In this document: positions 30,964 to 44,470 of the stretch, piece after piece
How positions within the stretch are numbered: position 1 is the first letter of the stretch
How the letters are laid out: each line of letters starts with the position of its first letter
Assembly (NCBI RefSeq): GCF_006345805.1
Contig: NC_043002.1
Coordinates: 69,192,001-69,256,000, forward strand
Source of the DNA: Octopus sinensis
Lineage: Eukaryota
Length of the DNA stretch: 64,000 bases
Reading direction: 5' to 3'
Made by a program: the position numbers and the translations under genes
Notes under the pieces: model-generated
Told to the model about the DNA's origin: nothing
The model's input: only the letters and a program-made list of their open reading frames with translations
The model's database searches: none

Positions 30964-31373
30964 GGATCTTTTCGGTTTGAACGGCAGTTTTTTCTAGCGG
31001 TGTCATATGAAATTGTCACCCATAATTATGACCCTAGTATCGATCTATTGCATTTCAATGTTTTAGGGTTAGGGGTGGTGGGGAAAAGTATCTTTTTTTC
31101 TTTAGAAATGTAAATAAACCCAATCTGTTTCTTAAACGAGGGACATATTCGTATGGCACAGAATGTTTTTACCTCAATAGACGTCATTGATTGGTTGAAA
31201 TTGCAGAAATTGAAGAAAAAAAACAACAAATATCTTTCAAACTGTAGAATTTTCTCAATAAAGCCAAGAGAAAAAGATGTTTTATAAACACATTCTACCA
31301 GTATACGAAGTTTAAAAGTATTTAGTTACGTGGAAATTATTTTAAAAAACTGCCGGTCAAACCGAAAAGATCC
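30964..31373. mobile_element. 410-bp MITE with ~29-bp TIRs and imperfect 8-bp TSD
   Basis: ggatcttttcggtttgaacggcagttttt ... aaaaactgccggtcaaaccgaaaagatcc; flanks gaaattat / aaaattat (7 of 8 match). Confidence 0.85.
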
Positions 31374-32281
31374 AAAATTATTCCTCATTTGAATGTTTTT
31401 GTTTCTTTATTTTTGCTTGTGTGATTTTTTTTATATTCCCTTTTATGTAAGCTCCCTCATTGCATTGTCTTGTAACGTTTTCGATGTTTGTCGAACCTTG
31501 ATAATTAATAAAGAGAATATAATTTAAAGGGAAACAACTCTATCAATCTTAAAATTTCAAAGGGAAACATCGACTTTACATGCAGACAGGAAAGACAGTT
31601 TGACTGCAGGTATGGGTCCAGGGGCCCAGCTGTGATCTATGCCTGCTTTGACATGGTGTCAATAAATAACTTCTACAGTGCTTAGTGCAACTGCTATTCC
31701 TTGTGGCCTATAATACTACTGAGACGGCTCTGTTTGACAGTGATCGTGTTCCATATAAAAGTTTTAGCTTTGGTTGACTTCTGATCTTTGATTATTATTC
31801 AAACCGTCCTTTGATAATTGTGTACAGACACTTCTTTGAGAATGACTGCACGGAAATTGGCACTCTAGCGCTTTTGACTCAAAGTAAGATCACAGTGTGT
31901 CTCACAGTCATACGGAGTAAACAATGGCACACGATCCTTGTATAAATGAAGGCAGTGATTTCAATACACAAATTATTTGTATAAGTTATGTATATTATAT
32001 AAGGGGTAGTTTCAAAATTTTGACACTAAACTTAAATAAAAGCGTGGTTCTGAAAACTATATTAACCGAAGAATTATTATTATTTCTCAATTAATCATTT
32101 TATGTTATGATCAGCAAAAAACAAAAAAAAATACTTGCAGAAAGTAAATAAAAAAATGAAAAACGAAAATTGTCTTTATTTTAAGATATTTCAAATGCCG
32201 TTAATTTTGTTATGAAAACTAATAATAAATAATTTATTTTCATTGTAACAGTTATTTTCAAGCTTCAAAATTATTTGTATA

Positions 32282-33040
32282 CAGTGATTCCTCGTTTATC
32301 GCGGTAGAATGGTTCCAAGACCGGCCGCGATAACTGAATTTCCGCGAAGTAGGGACACCATATTTACAGTATTTATTTAACGCGTATTTGGACTTTTAAA
32401 ACCTTCCCTGTACTGTTAATAACCCACCCATTACAGTGGTCTATTAATAACAAGGACAACTGTTAAGCAATAACACTTTAGATTTTTAAAAAATAATGAT
32501 TGTTACTGTACTCAACACGAAAGAAGTCGAAATAATATTTGAATGATGATGTTGATGAATTTGCTGTGCAGTAGACATGATGATGATGAAGCTGACGGCA
32601 GTGCCCTTTACTGGGACACCTCTTCCACTTCTTCCGAATGTGCAACTGTAGTAGTAGCAGCAGGACTTGTAAATAAGTCCTGGCTTTAACAAAAATCCTC
32701 CAGCATGGCCACACCTCACGAGGGCCACACGATCCTTGTATGCTTTGAACAGGAAAGTTCGCGACGACATTCTTTTCCAAAACAAGCCTATCTCGTCCAT
32801 ATCAAAAACTTGTTCGGAGATAATCTTCTTGAAAGTTTCAGCAGCGCTCCTGTCAGCAGAAGCAGCCTCGCCATGCAGGGAAACGCTTTTTAGACCGAAG
32901 CATTTCTGAATCTTAAACTACCCTTTGCTAGCAGAAAAATGGGCGTTTTTTAGGTTGTGAATCACTGGACGTCCCTGGTTAAAAATCCGCGAAGTCATGG
33001 ATCCGCGATAGTTGGACCGCGAAGTAGCGAGGGATCACTG
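32282..33040 (-). mobile_element. Internally deleted Tigger/pogo transposon
   Basis: TA|cagtgattcctcgtttatcgcgg ... ccgcgaagtagcgagggatcactg|TA; minus-strand remnant MDEIGLFWKRMSSRTF matches the pogo-family DETGLFWK motif. Confidence 0.88.
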
Positions 33041-34908
33041 TAACACACATACACGCATTAGTTTAACATAACACAGTGATGAAAAGAGCGTATATCACTG
33101 GAATATTAAATGAAATTTATATTGGAAAGTTCTGATGGCCAGAAACTCAGAGAATAATTTAACTGGGGACAAAGTTTCTTTCAAGCTCTTTTCTCTTCTG
33201 TAAAAGCTAGCCTTTAGATATAAACAAATATTTTCTTAGATCGTAAGGAATTTCCAGTCCCTTGTTCGATGCAGCTTGACAGATATTGATACAATTTGTG
33301 TTATTTCCTTGATATGTACCTACCGTTTATTGGATCACTTAAAAGGTTCCTGTCATTTGACTTCACCCATGTAAGGACACTACTTCAGGAGTTTTAGATG
33401 CTTATATCACTTCAATACTTACTAATGTCTATCTCACAAGAGACAAAACCAACTTGGCTCTGGGGTCAAGGGAGATAACTTGAAAAATACATCCCTAAAA
33501 TACCCACAGAGTAGAGCAAACCTTGAACCATGCAGTAGTAAAATGAACTTCACCATAAAACTAACTGCATGAAAATAAAATAAAAACAAAAAAGAATATA
33601 ACGAAGAATAATGCTTTAATTGATTAAATAATTTATATATATATATAACCAAATTTATTTGATGTATTACAAAAGTTGAGAAGAAAGTTGTTGACAATGA
33701 TGTATCGATACATGATAATGCGTGGTGGTTACATTTGGCCGAGCAACTAACAAAGTTTAGTTGTTTAAGGTCAGTTCAACTTGTAAAGAACATAGGTGCT
33801 GGATTATAGTGGGACAATTGTTTGATTACATTTCTGGGAGTGCTACAGATTTGCGAAATTTAGCATTACTTTCCTGTCTTTAACTCTTGCTTAAATGTTA
33901 TTGAATGTTATAGGAATCTGTAGAAGGTCAAAGGGTATAACAGTTTTACTGTTGTGATTATAACAACCAAGTCGCTAGTTCGTATATATCATCATTGTAT
34001 AATAACGATGATTTGACATAAAAAACATCAAGACAAAAGATGTATGTGTGTGTGTTCTGAAGGTAAAGAGGAGACAACTTTGAGTAATTGGGAATAAATT
34101 CTCAATTGTTGACGCTTATCATGACAGGGAAAAGACACTTTGAAGCAATGGACAATCACAGGTGCATTGTTTCATTCCCATCAACATACTCTAGTCTTAG
34201 CTTGTATCTAAATCAGGTTTACACATTCTTCCATATACAAAAAAGGCTTTCGTACATTTTCGGCCAATTTGCAAAATTTAAAACTAAAATTATATTTGTG
34301 TATGTATAAAAATACATACATGTTCACTAATCCATTCGTTTCATATCTGTTTTACCATGCTAGCGTGGGTTCGATGGGGTCTTATTTGAGGCAAGCTTAT
34401 ATGTTCAGACTCTCTTACTATCAAAAGTCTATGTTTTATGAGTAAAAGAAATTCTTTATTTCAGGTTTATAAAAGCACAGAGTGACCAGATATAATGTCC
34501 AAAATCAGTGATAAGTGCAGCCATGGAATGTCAACAACGTCCGTGCCTATGTGCACACCCATACACATACAAATGAAGTTAATATTCTTATATTTTGGAA
34601 AGGCTATACTGATTACAGGAAAGTTTATAAAAATAATCACCAAAAACTGCAGTTAACCATATCTGGTGATTATATTTACAAGCCTTACTATAACCAGTAT
34701 GACTCTCCTAATATATATACTTACTTTAGACAGGGTTTCGTAATTTTTTTTTATCACCCCTATAGTTATATATTTGAAACAATAAGGAATGTATTGAATT
34801 GAAGTGTTGGTTGATATTTCTTTTTAACCTACCAGCAGTCTCAACATCTGTTGCATATTTGGTATACAGCAGTCTGTATAGTAGAGAGTAAACATGGTTG
34901 ACATTTTA

Positions 34909-36603
34909 TCAAAGGTAAGATATGATAATACTTCCAGTGAAATCTCCATCATTGTCTCTACTGTCTGTAGAATTACTTTCGTTGTTGCTAGAATTAGAAT
35001 GTAATTCTGAGCTTGTGCTAGATGATTTTACATGTATTATTGTAAGGTTTGTTTCTGGATCTGATAATGTACTTATAGAATTACATTCATCATTGCTAGA
35101 GTTTGAATGTGTCTCTGAACTTGTCTTGCTAGATGGCTTTACGTAACCTGCTGGAAATGATGTTCCGGGATTTGATGACGTACTCATAGAATTACTTTCA
35201 TCGTTGCTAGAGTTTGAATGTGTCTCTGAACTTGTCTTGCTAGATGGCTTTAAGTAACTTGTTGAATGTGATGTTCCAGGAGTTGATGACGTACTTTTAG
35301 AACTACTTTCATCATTGCTAGAGTTTGAATGTGTCTCTGAACTTGTCTTGCTAGATGGCTTTATATAATTTACCGGATGTGATGTTCCAGCATTTGCTGC
35401 TGTCCTTGTACTTGGTGTTGGATCAGTTTTTGGCTGCTCTTTTTCATTTACATGGTACTTGCTTTCGCTGACTTTCTTTCTGAAGACAGAGTTTTGCTTG
35501 GGTTTAGAATTATCTCTGGTTATTGATCGAGTAATATTAGGCATGGCTCTCACTAGCACCTCAATGCTCTGTGAAGGAATGTGGGGTGGAAACATATCTT
35601 CAAGGGAGGTATACATTGGCACAGACTGCACAGAACTCAAGCTTCCACTCTTTCCACTATTGAAACGTGCCATTTGCATCTTGTAAAATAAAATGGCATC
35701 ACGGTCAATTCCAGGTGGAATGTCATACAGACAGTCTTCCCTTAATTCTGTAGACGTTTCACTTTGGTCAGTGGATATCTTTGTATCAGATTCAGAATCT
35801 GCTTGATGTGAAGTGACTAGTTCCTCTTGATTCTCTGCATTTTTTTTTATACTTTTAACAACTGTTGACCTATTATTTTCAGATGTTGGTTCAGTTTCTG
35901 TATCTTTGCTCTCCATCTCTTCCTTTGCTGCTTTTTCCAGTTTTTTTAGCTCATCATAAACTTCTTTGCTTTTCACCTCTTTGGCAAGTTTTCTCTGTAA
36001 AAGTTCTTCCCACTCATAAATGCTCGTTGTCTCACTGCCAATTTGAGATGCAGGATGAGAGCTCAATGAAATCTCGTTTTCAGTATCTTTTGAGTCAGTC
36101 TTTTTTTTCTTTCTCTCCAATGTTGAATTTTTACTTTCATCTGATTCTTCACTTTCTGCAATGGAACACAAGGCACTAGAATTGTTGCTAGGGAGTGCAT
36201 CTCTTTGTGCTTTGTTTTGCCACAACTTTGGTGTGAGCTCCCCAACGTTGTTGTTATATAACTGTGGGAAGTTAAATACCTGCGATGGAGTTGGACTAAA
36301 TGGAGAAATCTGTAATGGTTTTAAGTTTATAACAACAACACACAGGTTCTCTGTGGCACCATATCCTTGAGCAAGATCTTGTAATACTTTGGCACTTACT
36401 ACTGGATCTTGGAATGGAGAGATCTGGCTGACAGCTTCCTCAATGCTGATGTATTTCCACAATTCTTGATTAGCTATTATGATGAACTGGTCATCATGTT
36501 GGAGTTTTATACTGCGAATGTGTGGCTTTGGAATGAGTTGAGGGTAGAGATAACTGCAACCAATCAGTCGTGTACAAGGTGTGATTCCATTGACCAGGCC
36601 ATC
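34909..36603 (-). CDS. PHLPP: PHLPP-like protein, terminal exon (end of PP2C domain plus long Ser-rich tail)
   Basis: cttctag|gat...TGA; DGLVNGITPCTRLIGCSYLYPQLIPKPHI...IANQELWKYISIEEAV...LQDLAQGYGATENLCVVVINL aligns with the PHLPP PP2C C-terminal half; 565 codons; ends ISYL*. Confidence 0.92.
   Translation of the reverse strand, partial: DGLVNGITPCTRLIGCSYLYPQLIPKPHIRSIKLQHDDQFIIIANQELWKYISIEEAVSQISPFQDPVVSAKVLQDLAQGYGATENLCVVVINLKPLQISPFSPTPSQVFNFPQLYNNNVGELTPKLWQNKAQRDALPSNNSSALCSIAESEESDESKNSTLERKKKKTDSKDTENEISLSSHPASQIGSETTSIYEWEELLQRKLAKEVKSKEVYDELKKLEKAAKEEMESKDTETEPTSENNRSTVVKSIKKNAENQEELVTSHQADSESDTKISTDQSETSTELREDCLYDIPPGIDRDAILFYKMQMARFNSGKSGSLSSVQSVPMYTSLEDMFPPHIPSQSIEVLVRAMPNITRSITRDNSKPKQNSVFRKKVSESKYHVNEKEQPKTDPTPSTRTAANAGTSHPVNYIKPSSKTSSETHSNSSNDESSSKSTSSTPGTSHSTSYLKPSSKTSSETHSNSSNDESNSMSTSSNPGTSFPAGYVKPSSKTSSETHSNSSNDECNSISTLSDPETNLTIIHVKSSSTSSELHSNSSNNESNSTDSRDNDGDFTGSIIISYL
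34960..35395 (-). repeat. In-frame coding tandem repeat, 111 bp (37 aa) x ~4
   Basis: ctaga anchors at 34988, 35096, 35207 and 35318 (spacing 108, 111, 111); protein unit KPSSKTSSETHSNSSNDES. Confidence 0.93.
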
Positions 36604-39600
36604 CTAGAAGGTTAGAAAATAATGCTTATGTTTAGAGAATAATCAGATATGAAATAGTTTGTGAGAGAAGACATATGGAGTAATGGAAAAAATGTAGGAG
36701 AGAGAGAGAGAGAAAGAGGGGCAAACAAATAGAAAGATTAGCTAGGTAGGTAGAAAGATAGCTAGCTAGATAGATAAATTGATAGATAGGTAGATAGATA
36801 AATAGATAGGTAGATAAACAAATAGATAGACAGACAGAAAAAAAGAGAGAGACTGAGTGACAAAATAAATGATGTTTGATTTTTGTATTTTCTACATCAC
36901 ATTCCTATCAATTTTTATTCAAAAACAAAGCTTTCAGGGAAAGCTTCACTGTTCTCAAGTAAATATTTTTCTATGAATGAAGAGGTCGACCTAAATGGTT
37001 AAGACAATTCCCTGCTTAATTGTATTATATCTTCTGTTTGTCTTTGCCATCTTGTTAAATTATAATCCCTCAAAGAAATAGTACAATATTCCTAACTGAC
37101 CCCTCTTTCATTTTGTGTGTCTCATATCTATCACATTAATTACCAGCCCCAGTCAGTTTCCTCATCTGTCTTTAAATCTGACCAAAATATCATTGCTCTA
37201 AAACTCTTTCTTGCCTCTAAACTTAGTCTTTACCCTGGTATAACTACCCCTGTCTCAACAGACCATGTGTCTACTCATTGCCTTGTCAAGAAAACTCAGC
37301 ATAATCCTACCACATTTAAATTCCTGCTCCACAAATCTTCAGATATTTAAAGTTAGAGCTTCACTAGTCCAATGCTCCAAATATGCTTCATATTAGAGTT
37401 ACATCTGAGACAGTCAGGTAGGTTACTGATACAATTTTCTGTGGTATGTCCCTTGATATTTCCAACAGAATCGTAGCCCACGACCACCCAGTAGTTCACC
37501 TACTCCCACAAACTATCAATCATGAAAGCAAACTGTGTTTTCTTACATTGCACAACTTGTACAATCTTTAGTTTTACTAATTGCTGGTGATTTTTCTTGG
37601 AAGAGATGCTTTAAAATATTCTTCCAATGGGAACTTCTCAATCTAGCTATCAGCAATAATACAAAGACAAACTATAAAACCATTTTAATGGTTGAAATCA
37701 ACATAGATAAAGCTATAAATAATTGTAAATACTGAGCAGCGTCCAACTTTTGCTGTCCAAAAGGATTTTAAACCCATTATTTACACTATTATATTTCTAG
37801 CTTTATCTAAGGTAGGAAACTGGTAGAATTGCTTAGTGGTATTCTGTCTCTATTTATGTTCTGAAAGTTCAAATTTCGCTGAGGTCATCTTTGCTGCTTG
37901 TCCTTTTGGGGTCAGTAAAATAAGTATTAGTTGAGCACTGGGGTTGATGTGTTGTAGCATAGACTGCCTTGGCAGACAACAAGTGGGCTACAGAAAATAT
38001 TAGTTTCAAATTTTGGCACAATGTCAGCAATTTCAGAGAAAAGGGTAAGTCGATTACATTGCCCCCAGTGCTCAAATAGTACTTATTTTATGGGCCCTGA
38101 AAGAATGAAAGGCAATGTTGGCTTTGACAGAATTTGAACTCAGAACGTAAAGACAGATAAAATACTACTGAGCATTTTGCCTGGCATGCTAACAATCCTG
38201 TCAGCTTGCCACTCTAGCTACAGGAAACATTACACCCTCTTTTTTTTAAACTTTTAGTCTGGAGAGAAGTGCAGTGCTTATGACCCTTTATAGGGCTTCC
38301 AAATCTGGTAGGAAGGAATGAGGGAGGAAAATATCCTCAAAGTTGAGATCTGGTCTGAATATTTGTGACGGTACAGACTCCATTAAATGCACCCAAGGAA
38401 CAAGTAAAGGTGTTAAACTGTTAAATGATTACATATTCATTTGCTTGTCACTGCCCTCACTGAAAGGGACCTTCAACCTTCAATTAAATGATTTTGATAA
38501 ATACTTCAGCAAAATTGCTGAGCTGGCTTAGTAAATAAATCTATAAACTTAACTAGGACTGCCATGATTTTCCCAGTTTCTATAAACAAATATGAAACAA
38601 AAAAGACAAATCACCATGAAGGGTTTTGTGTCTTTTCTTTGTAACGGGTTTAGGTTATTACCCTTGTAGCCCATGGTGAGATTTGAGCTCTGAACATACT
38701 GTGCTTGGACAAATGCTACAGGGCAACCCTTCTAATGCACTAACAAATCTGCTAGTCCATCAGCTGAGTCTATTACTTTGTAGTAAGGCATGATAAATTT
38801 ATTTTTTTACTGTTGCACAAGTTAGTTGTTTGAGACAGACGCTGACCAGTTGTGCAAATTCAAACAACAACATCCATCCAAGTCTAAAGCGCATCTGAAA
38901 ACTAAAAGTAGAGTCAGTTGCTGTGAAGACGTTGAACTGTTAACTACATACTTTCAAGTTCCTCATTTGGTCAGCCTCATCTAGAATATGGGAAATTACT
39001 GTTTTGCCTGTCATTATGACTACCGGGCTAAGTTTCCTTTAGCAATTCTGAATCCTTGGGCCGTTCTTCATGTGACATTCGTTTCTTTTAAGCAACTATG
39101 AGGCTTATTATATCGTTTCTATCTGGTTTGTTGAAATCTGTTTCTCCAGCAAGATTTTTATCTGCATTATGACATTTGTCCTACTTTGTATTGTGGAATT
39201 GATATCAACTCCAATCTAAAGTCCTTGTAAATTGCAGTAAGTGAAACTGAAATTATTCATGTCTCACAAATGTTATTCCTGCCAGACTGTACGTCCACAT
39301 TATGATGTTTTGCACACACCTTAACTTCTCCTGTAATTTACGTTTGTTCGGCATTGTTTGGAAACTGTAATAAAATTGTATTTCATTTCAGCACAAAAAC
39401 ACCTCATTTACCTTCTGATTTTTGTCGTTGCCTTTATGTAAAACAGCCATCTACATTTCTTGTTAAACTGTCTACATATACCTGCTAAAACTTTATTTAT
39501 CGACTCTGCGAAGATGAAAGGGAAAGATGATCTTGGTGGAATTAGAACTCAGAATGCAAGAATCTGGAACAAATGCCACATTAATTTTGTCCATTGCTCT

Positions 39601-39640
39601 AATGACTCCCTACCCCCTATACACTAATATATTCACTTAC

Positions 39641-39878
39641 TTCTGTAACAATTCCATCAGATTTTTGAATTCTCATACACTCAGATCTGTCAGACTCAAC
39701 TGCAAATTGGTGAGTTAGCCGCATTGCTTGACCATTTCGACAAAGGACCACCTGTACCATACCAACATTGGCCACTGTCAAACAATACTGCGGGATTTTT
39801 TCATTAGATTCTGGTAATATTTTTATATGGCAGATTGCAGCTGAGGCACCGATTTTCTGTCCAATGGATTTAAGTTTC
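39641..39878 (-). CDS. PHLPP: PHLPP-like PP2C-domain exon
   Basis: ttttgtag|g...gaa|gtaagt; KLKSIGQKIGASAAICHIK...LTVANVGMVQVVLCRNGQAMRLTHQFAVESDRSECMRIQKSDGIVTE. Confidence 0.93.
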
Positions 39879-40309
39879 CTACAAAATAAATAATTCAAAT
39901 TAATTTTATTTTATAAGCTAATATAATGTTCAAATAGCACATTTCATTCATTGTCATCATTTTTTAAAGTATGTTATTCCATACTTATATGGATTGGTTG
40001 AATATGTTGAAGCGGATTTTCTCTGGCTGGATGCCCTTCCTGTCACAAACCCTCATCTGTTTCTAAGCAAGATAATATTTTCTCATGATCAGACAAGCAT
40101 TGGAAGGCTGGAAATGAAGGGCTCTACTTGTATGATTGTTATACTTGCTTACAACTATCTTATGTCAAGGCAAGGAGACAGTAGCGCACACTCACACACA
40201 CATGCACACACACATATAAACATACACATGTATATACACACATATATGCATATCCACACATGTATATCATCATCATCATCATTTAATGTCCACTTTCCAT
40301 GAAGGCATG

Positions 40310-40371
<62 letters not shown>

Positions 40372-40373
<2 letters not shown>

Positions 40374-40722
40374 CTCTTTTACTTGTTTCAGTCATTTGAC
40401 TGTAGCCATGCTGGAGCACCACCTTTAGTCAAACAAATCGACTCCAGAACTTATTCTTTGTAAGCCTAGTACTTATTCTATCAGTCTCTTTTGCTGAAGT
40501 GCTAAGTTATGGGGATGTAAACATATAGTTGTCAAGCGATGGTGGGGTAGATAAACACACACGACGAGCTTCTTTCAGTTTCCGTCTACCAGATCCACTC
40601 ACAAGTCTTTGGTCAGTCTGAGGCTACAGTAGAAGACACTTGCCTAAGGTGCCACACAGTGGGACTGAACCCGGAACCATGTGGTTGTGAAGCAAGCTTC
40701 TTACCACACAGCCACACCTGTG
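40372..40722 (-). mobile_element. Family B/C SINE copy
   Basis: Reverse complement of the 5259-5650 element. Confidence 0.85.
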
Positions 40723-42478
40723 CCTATATATATCATCCTAGACCAGCCTTAACTTAGCAGAGCTATGATGATATATACTGGTGCCAGCTCTGTCTGGCAC
40801 CAGTGCGGGTGGCACGTAAAAAGCACCCACTACACTCACGGAGTGGTTGGCGTTAGGAAGGGCATCCAGCCGTAGAAACACTGCCAGATTTGACTGGGCC
40901 TGATGAAGCCTTCTGGCTTCACAGACCCCAGTAGAACCGTCCAACCCATGCTAGCATGGAAAACGGACGCTAAACGATGATGATGATGATGATGATGATA
41001 TATATATATATATACACACACACATTTACACACACACATTTCTCTCAGTTTCCACCTATCAAACCTATTCACAAAGCTTTAGGTGGCTCAGGACTTGAGC
41101 AGAAAACACTTCCCCAAGGTGCTATGCAGTGGGACTGAACCCAGAACTTTATGGTTGGGAAGCAAACTTCTTACCACACAGCCACACCAGTGCCTATTTA
41201 TTGATATTGATGATGATATTAAATATTGATATGGATATTTCATGGATAGGATCTCAACAGAAAAACTAAATATAGGAGAGAAAATGTAACAGAGTTGAGA
41301 AAGGAAAGCCTCTGCTTTAGTTTTCTCTCATTATTTTTCTTTCTGGTGATATCCTACCTTTCCATTCATTGTTTCTTTCAATACGTTAAGCATCACTGTC
41401 ATCTTTGCTGTTGTCACTGCCTACCATCAATGCTGTCTTCATCATCATCATCATTATCATCATCGTGATTGTCATCCACCACCACCACCCTCCTCATCTT
41501 TGTTGTCATTGTTATTGTCATCATCATCATCATCTATTTTGCCATGCTGCTATGTGTTGGACAGGTGCCACTGTGTTTCACCCGTCATCACAATCCTTCG
41601 TCACCTGGTTTACACAGAGAGCAGAAGAAGTAAGCTAACTCTGTTGTTGTTGTTGTTGTATATGTCTGATTAGCTATGGTTACTAATGGATAAATAATCC
41701 ATCAGAATTAAGGGTTGTTGTTGTTTAATCCTAGATCAGCCTTAACTTAAGAGACCTATGATTAAAAGCAATCCAGCTTTGCAATGATAAGAATAAGATG
41801 ACCATCACATCATTTTTTTTCCACACTAGTAAGTCCAATATATCTTTTGTTCTTTTGAAGAGAATAGGATGGGATTTGTAGGATATTTGGCTGCTACTTC
41901 AAGCATGTTGACTGACTTTGTAGTGTCTCTTTTGTTGGTTCATAGACCTCAAGGTAACATGAAATGTAATTTTTCTGTTTGCGCTTTACCTAGAATTTAT
42001 CTATGTTCCATGGTGGTACAAGTTGTATAGTTTGACTGTATTTGATGTGTCCATGGACTGTGTCTACTTTGGCATGGTTTCTATGACTGCATGCCCTTCC
42101 TAATACTAAACACTTTACAACATGTACAGAGTGCTTTTGCTTTGTAACTAGTGAGGTTCTCATGCAGCTTGCAAGATTATGAAGCTCAAGGGAGCAATTG
42201 TATTCTATAAGATGGGGAGTAAAGAAGGGGTAGACTAGAGTAGAACAGGTTTCTTGCTGTTTCAGAGCTTGTCTATATTTTTAATGATAAAATAAACAAG
42301 GAGAGGAAATGTTTGAAATCAGGGTAATGAAAACCAGTTCGCAGATTCAGCTTACCAAGAACTTTGCTTTCTGAATTATCAAAAAAAAAAAACAATTTTT
42401 TTTTAACATGTTATCATAAAATTCTTAACAGTTACATGAGGTAATGCAATAAATGGTCTGAATAAACTGCTTATTTAC

Positions 42479-42685
42479 CTGTGACAACTGAGCAAAGCGT
42501 ACTTCATGTAACTTGTTCCACCTGGGACCAGCAGTGGACTATATAATTCTTCCAGTAGGGTCTCTGCCATGATCTCTGCTAAAGTTCGGGCAACTTCATC
42601 GTTTCTGCCACCATCAAAGATTCCGAAAAGTCCATCTTCACCATTTTTGTTAAATTTTGGTTTGTTCAGAATTGCTACACACAAT
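42479..42685 (-). CDS. PHLPP: PHLPP-like PP2C-domain exon
   Basis: acacaaaag|a...cacag|gtaaat; LCVAILNKPKFNKNGEDGLFGIFDGGRNDEVARTLAEIMAETLLEEL...MKYALLSCHR; phase 2 at both ends fits the neighbouring exons. Confidence 0.92.
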
Positions 42686-43640
42686 CTTTTGTGTTTTAAA
42701 AAAAAATTTTTAATAGCATAAATCTACTGAAAAATACTTACTGACATTGTATATACACCACCCACCCTTTTAGAGCATCAGTAAAATAAATGAAGTGGAG
42801 AAGAGGAGTTGTTGAAATATAAACCTTTTGGCTTTCAGATTAAACTGTCAAATATAATTTATTTGTTCACATTGTTTCGTGAATTGATTATGCATTATCT
42901 TGAAGCTTCAAGAGTTTGATGATATATGACTGTTTGATTTTAGAATGATATTGTAAGGTTTGTATAAGAGGCTTTATCTAGTCAGTTTTAATATAAAACA
43001 GGTAGAATATTTGGGAAGGATACAACTTGTTTAAATGCTGAAGGGATAAACCTGAAGATCTTGAAATTGAATTACTATGGGTATATTATCTTTGATCTCT
43101 TAGCAGAACACTTAAATCTACATGCCTCAGTTCACTTCTCTCCAGATCTGGAAATCATTAACCAGGGAAGAATTTTTTTCTCTCATTTACTCATGGCAAT
43201 GGAATTGAGTATCAACCCTAACAATTGCCAAGAAGCATCTAAAAACATTTACAACTTACATTTTTTAAGAAGAGGCCCATAAATGAGGAATTGTCAGTGA
43301 ATCCATTGGAGATATGGTTCTGAACTGATAATTAATGTTTTACATTTATTAATGAATGCTGCTAAGTTTTAACTACAAGAACAAGTGGAAGAAGAATATA
43401 TTTATATACAACATATTTAATTCTCAAGCATTTCACAAAGGTTGGTTTATTTCTCTGATTCATCCATAAACCTTTAGCATTTAAACTGACCATATTCAGT
43501 CAAAATATTCTGTCTGTTTTAAGTTCAAACTGGGCAGATCCAGCCTCTCACATCTGTCCTACAAAGTCATTGTAATTATAAACAATCACATCATTGAAAT
43601 ATCGAAGCTACAAGATAATACATGATCAATTTAAAAACAA

Positions 43641-44025
43641 TACTCTTTACTCTTTTTATTCTTTTACTTGTTTCAGTCATTTGACTGTGGCCATGCTGGA
43701 GCACCGCCTTTAGTCGAACAAATCAAACCCAGAACTTATTCTTTGTAAGCCTAGTACTTATTCTATCGGTCTCTTTTGCCGAACCGCTAGATTACAGGGA
43801 CGTAAACACACCAGCATCGGTTGTCAAGTGATGTTGGGGGGACAAACACAGACACACAAACATATACACACACATACATATATATGATGGGCTTCTTTCA
43901 GTTTCTGTCTACCAAATCCACTCACAAGGCTATAATAGAAAACACTTGCCCAAGGTGCCACGCAGTGGGACTGAACACAGAACCATGTGGTTGGTAAGCA
44001 AGCTACTTACCACACAGCCACTCCT
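43641..44025 (-). mobile_element. Family B/C SINE copy
   Basis: Reverse complement of the 5259-5650 element, with tandem tactcttt tail. Confidence 0.85.
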
Positions 44026-44470
44026 ACACCTAACAATGTGAATAAATAAGCTATTTATATCGTTTATGCATGGTTTATCCTGGATACACAAAATCTCTAA
44101 TTCAAAATGATATCCACAATTTTTTTGAATGATTTCTATTGTTGTTGCTTGAATCTGGTCTCCCTTGTCAATTTTAATACATCATTTCTCTCACTGCATA
44201 AAATGTCGGGAATCAATCACACAAGAATCACATTAATGTATTGAGTAGGAGTTGGGAATAACAATTGTAAAACTTATACATGTGTATAGAGTGGAAGGAG
44301 AATAAACCCAAATAAAAAATAAATAAATAAAAGATTCTCTGCCCCCACCACAAAGAAAAAGACCTATATAAGTCCTGTCTTTGCAGATCAAGAAGTGAAC
44401 AAATTTAATAATCAAAATCTATTAATGTTCCATTTAACTAATTTTATTTTATTTAACTAATAAAACTTAC

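Noticed and set aside
37117-37500. Possible LINE endonuclease remnant (SDQNIIALKLFL)
   Set aside because: Only a faint resemblance to the DIIALxET motif; needs a profile search.
40902-40930. ctgatga agcc ttct ggct as another hammerhead
   Set aside because: No GAAA after the stem; it is a point variant of the family D sequence.
43043-43070. ctgaaga tctt gaaa as a hammerhead
   Set aside because: No room for stem II and no stem I or III complementarity.
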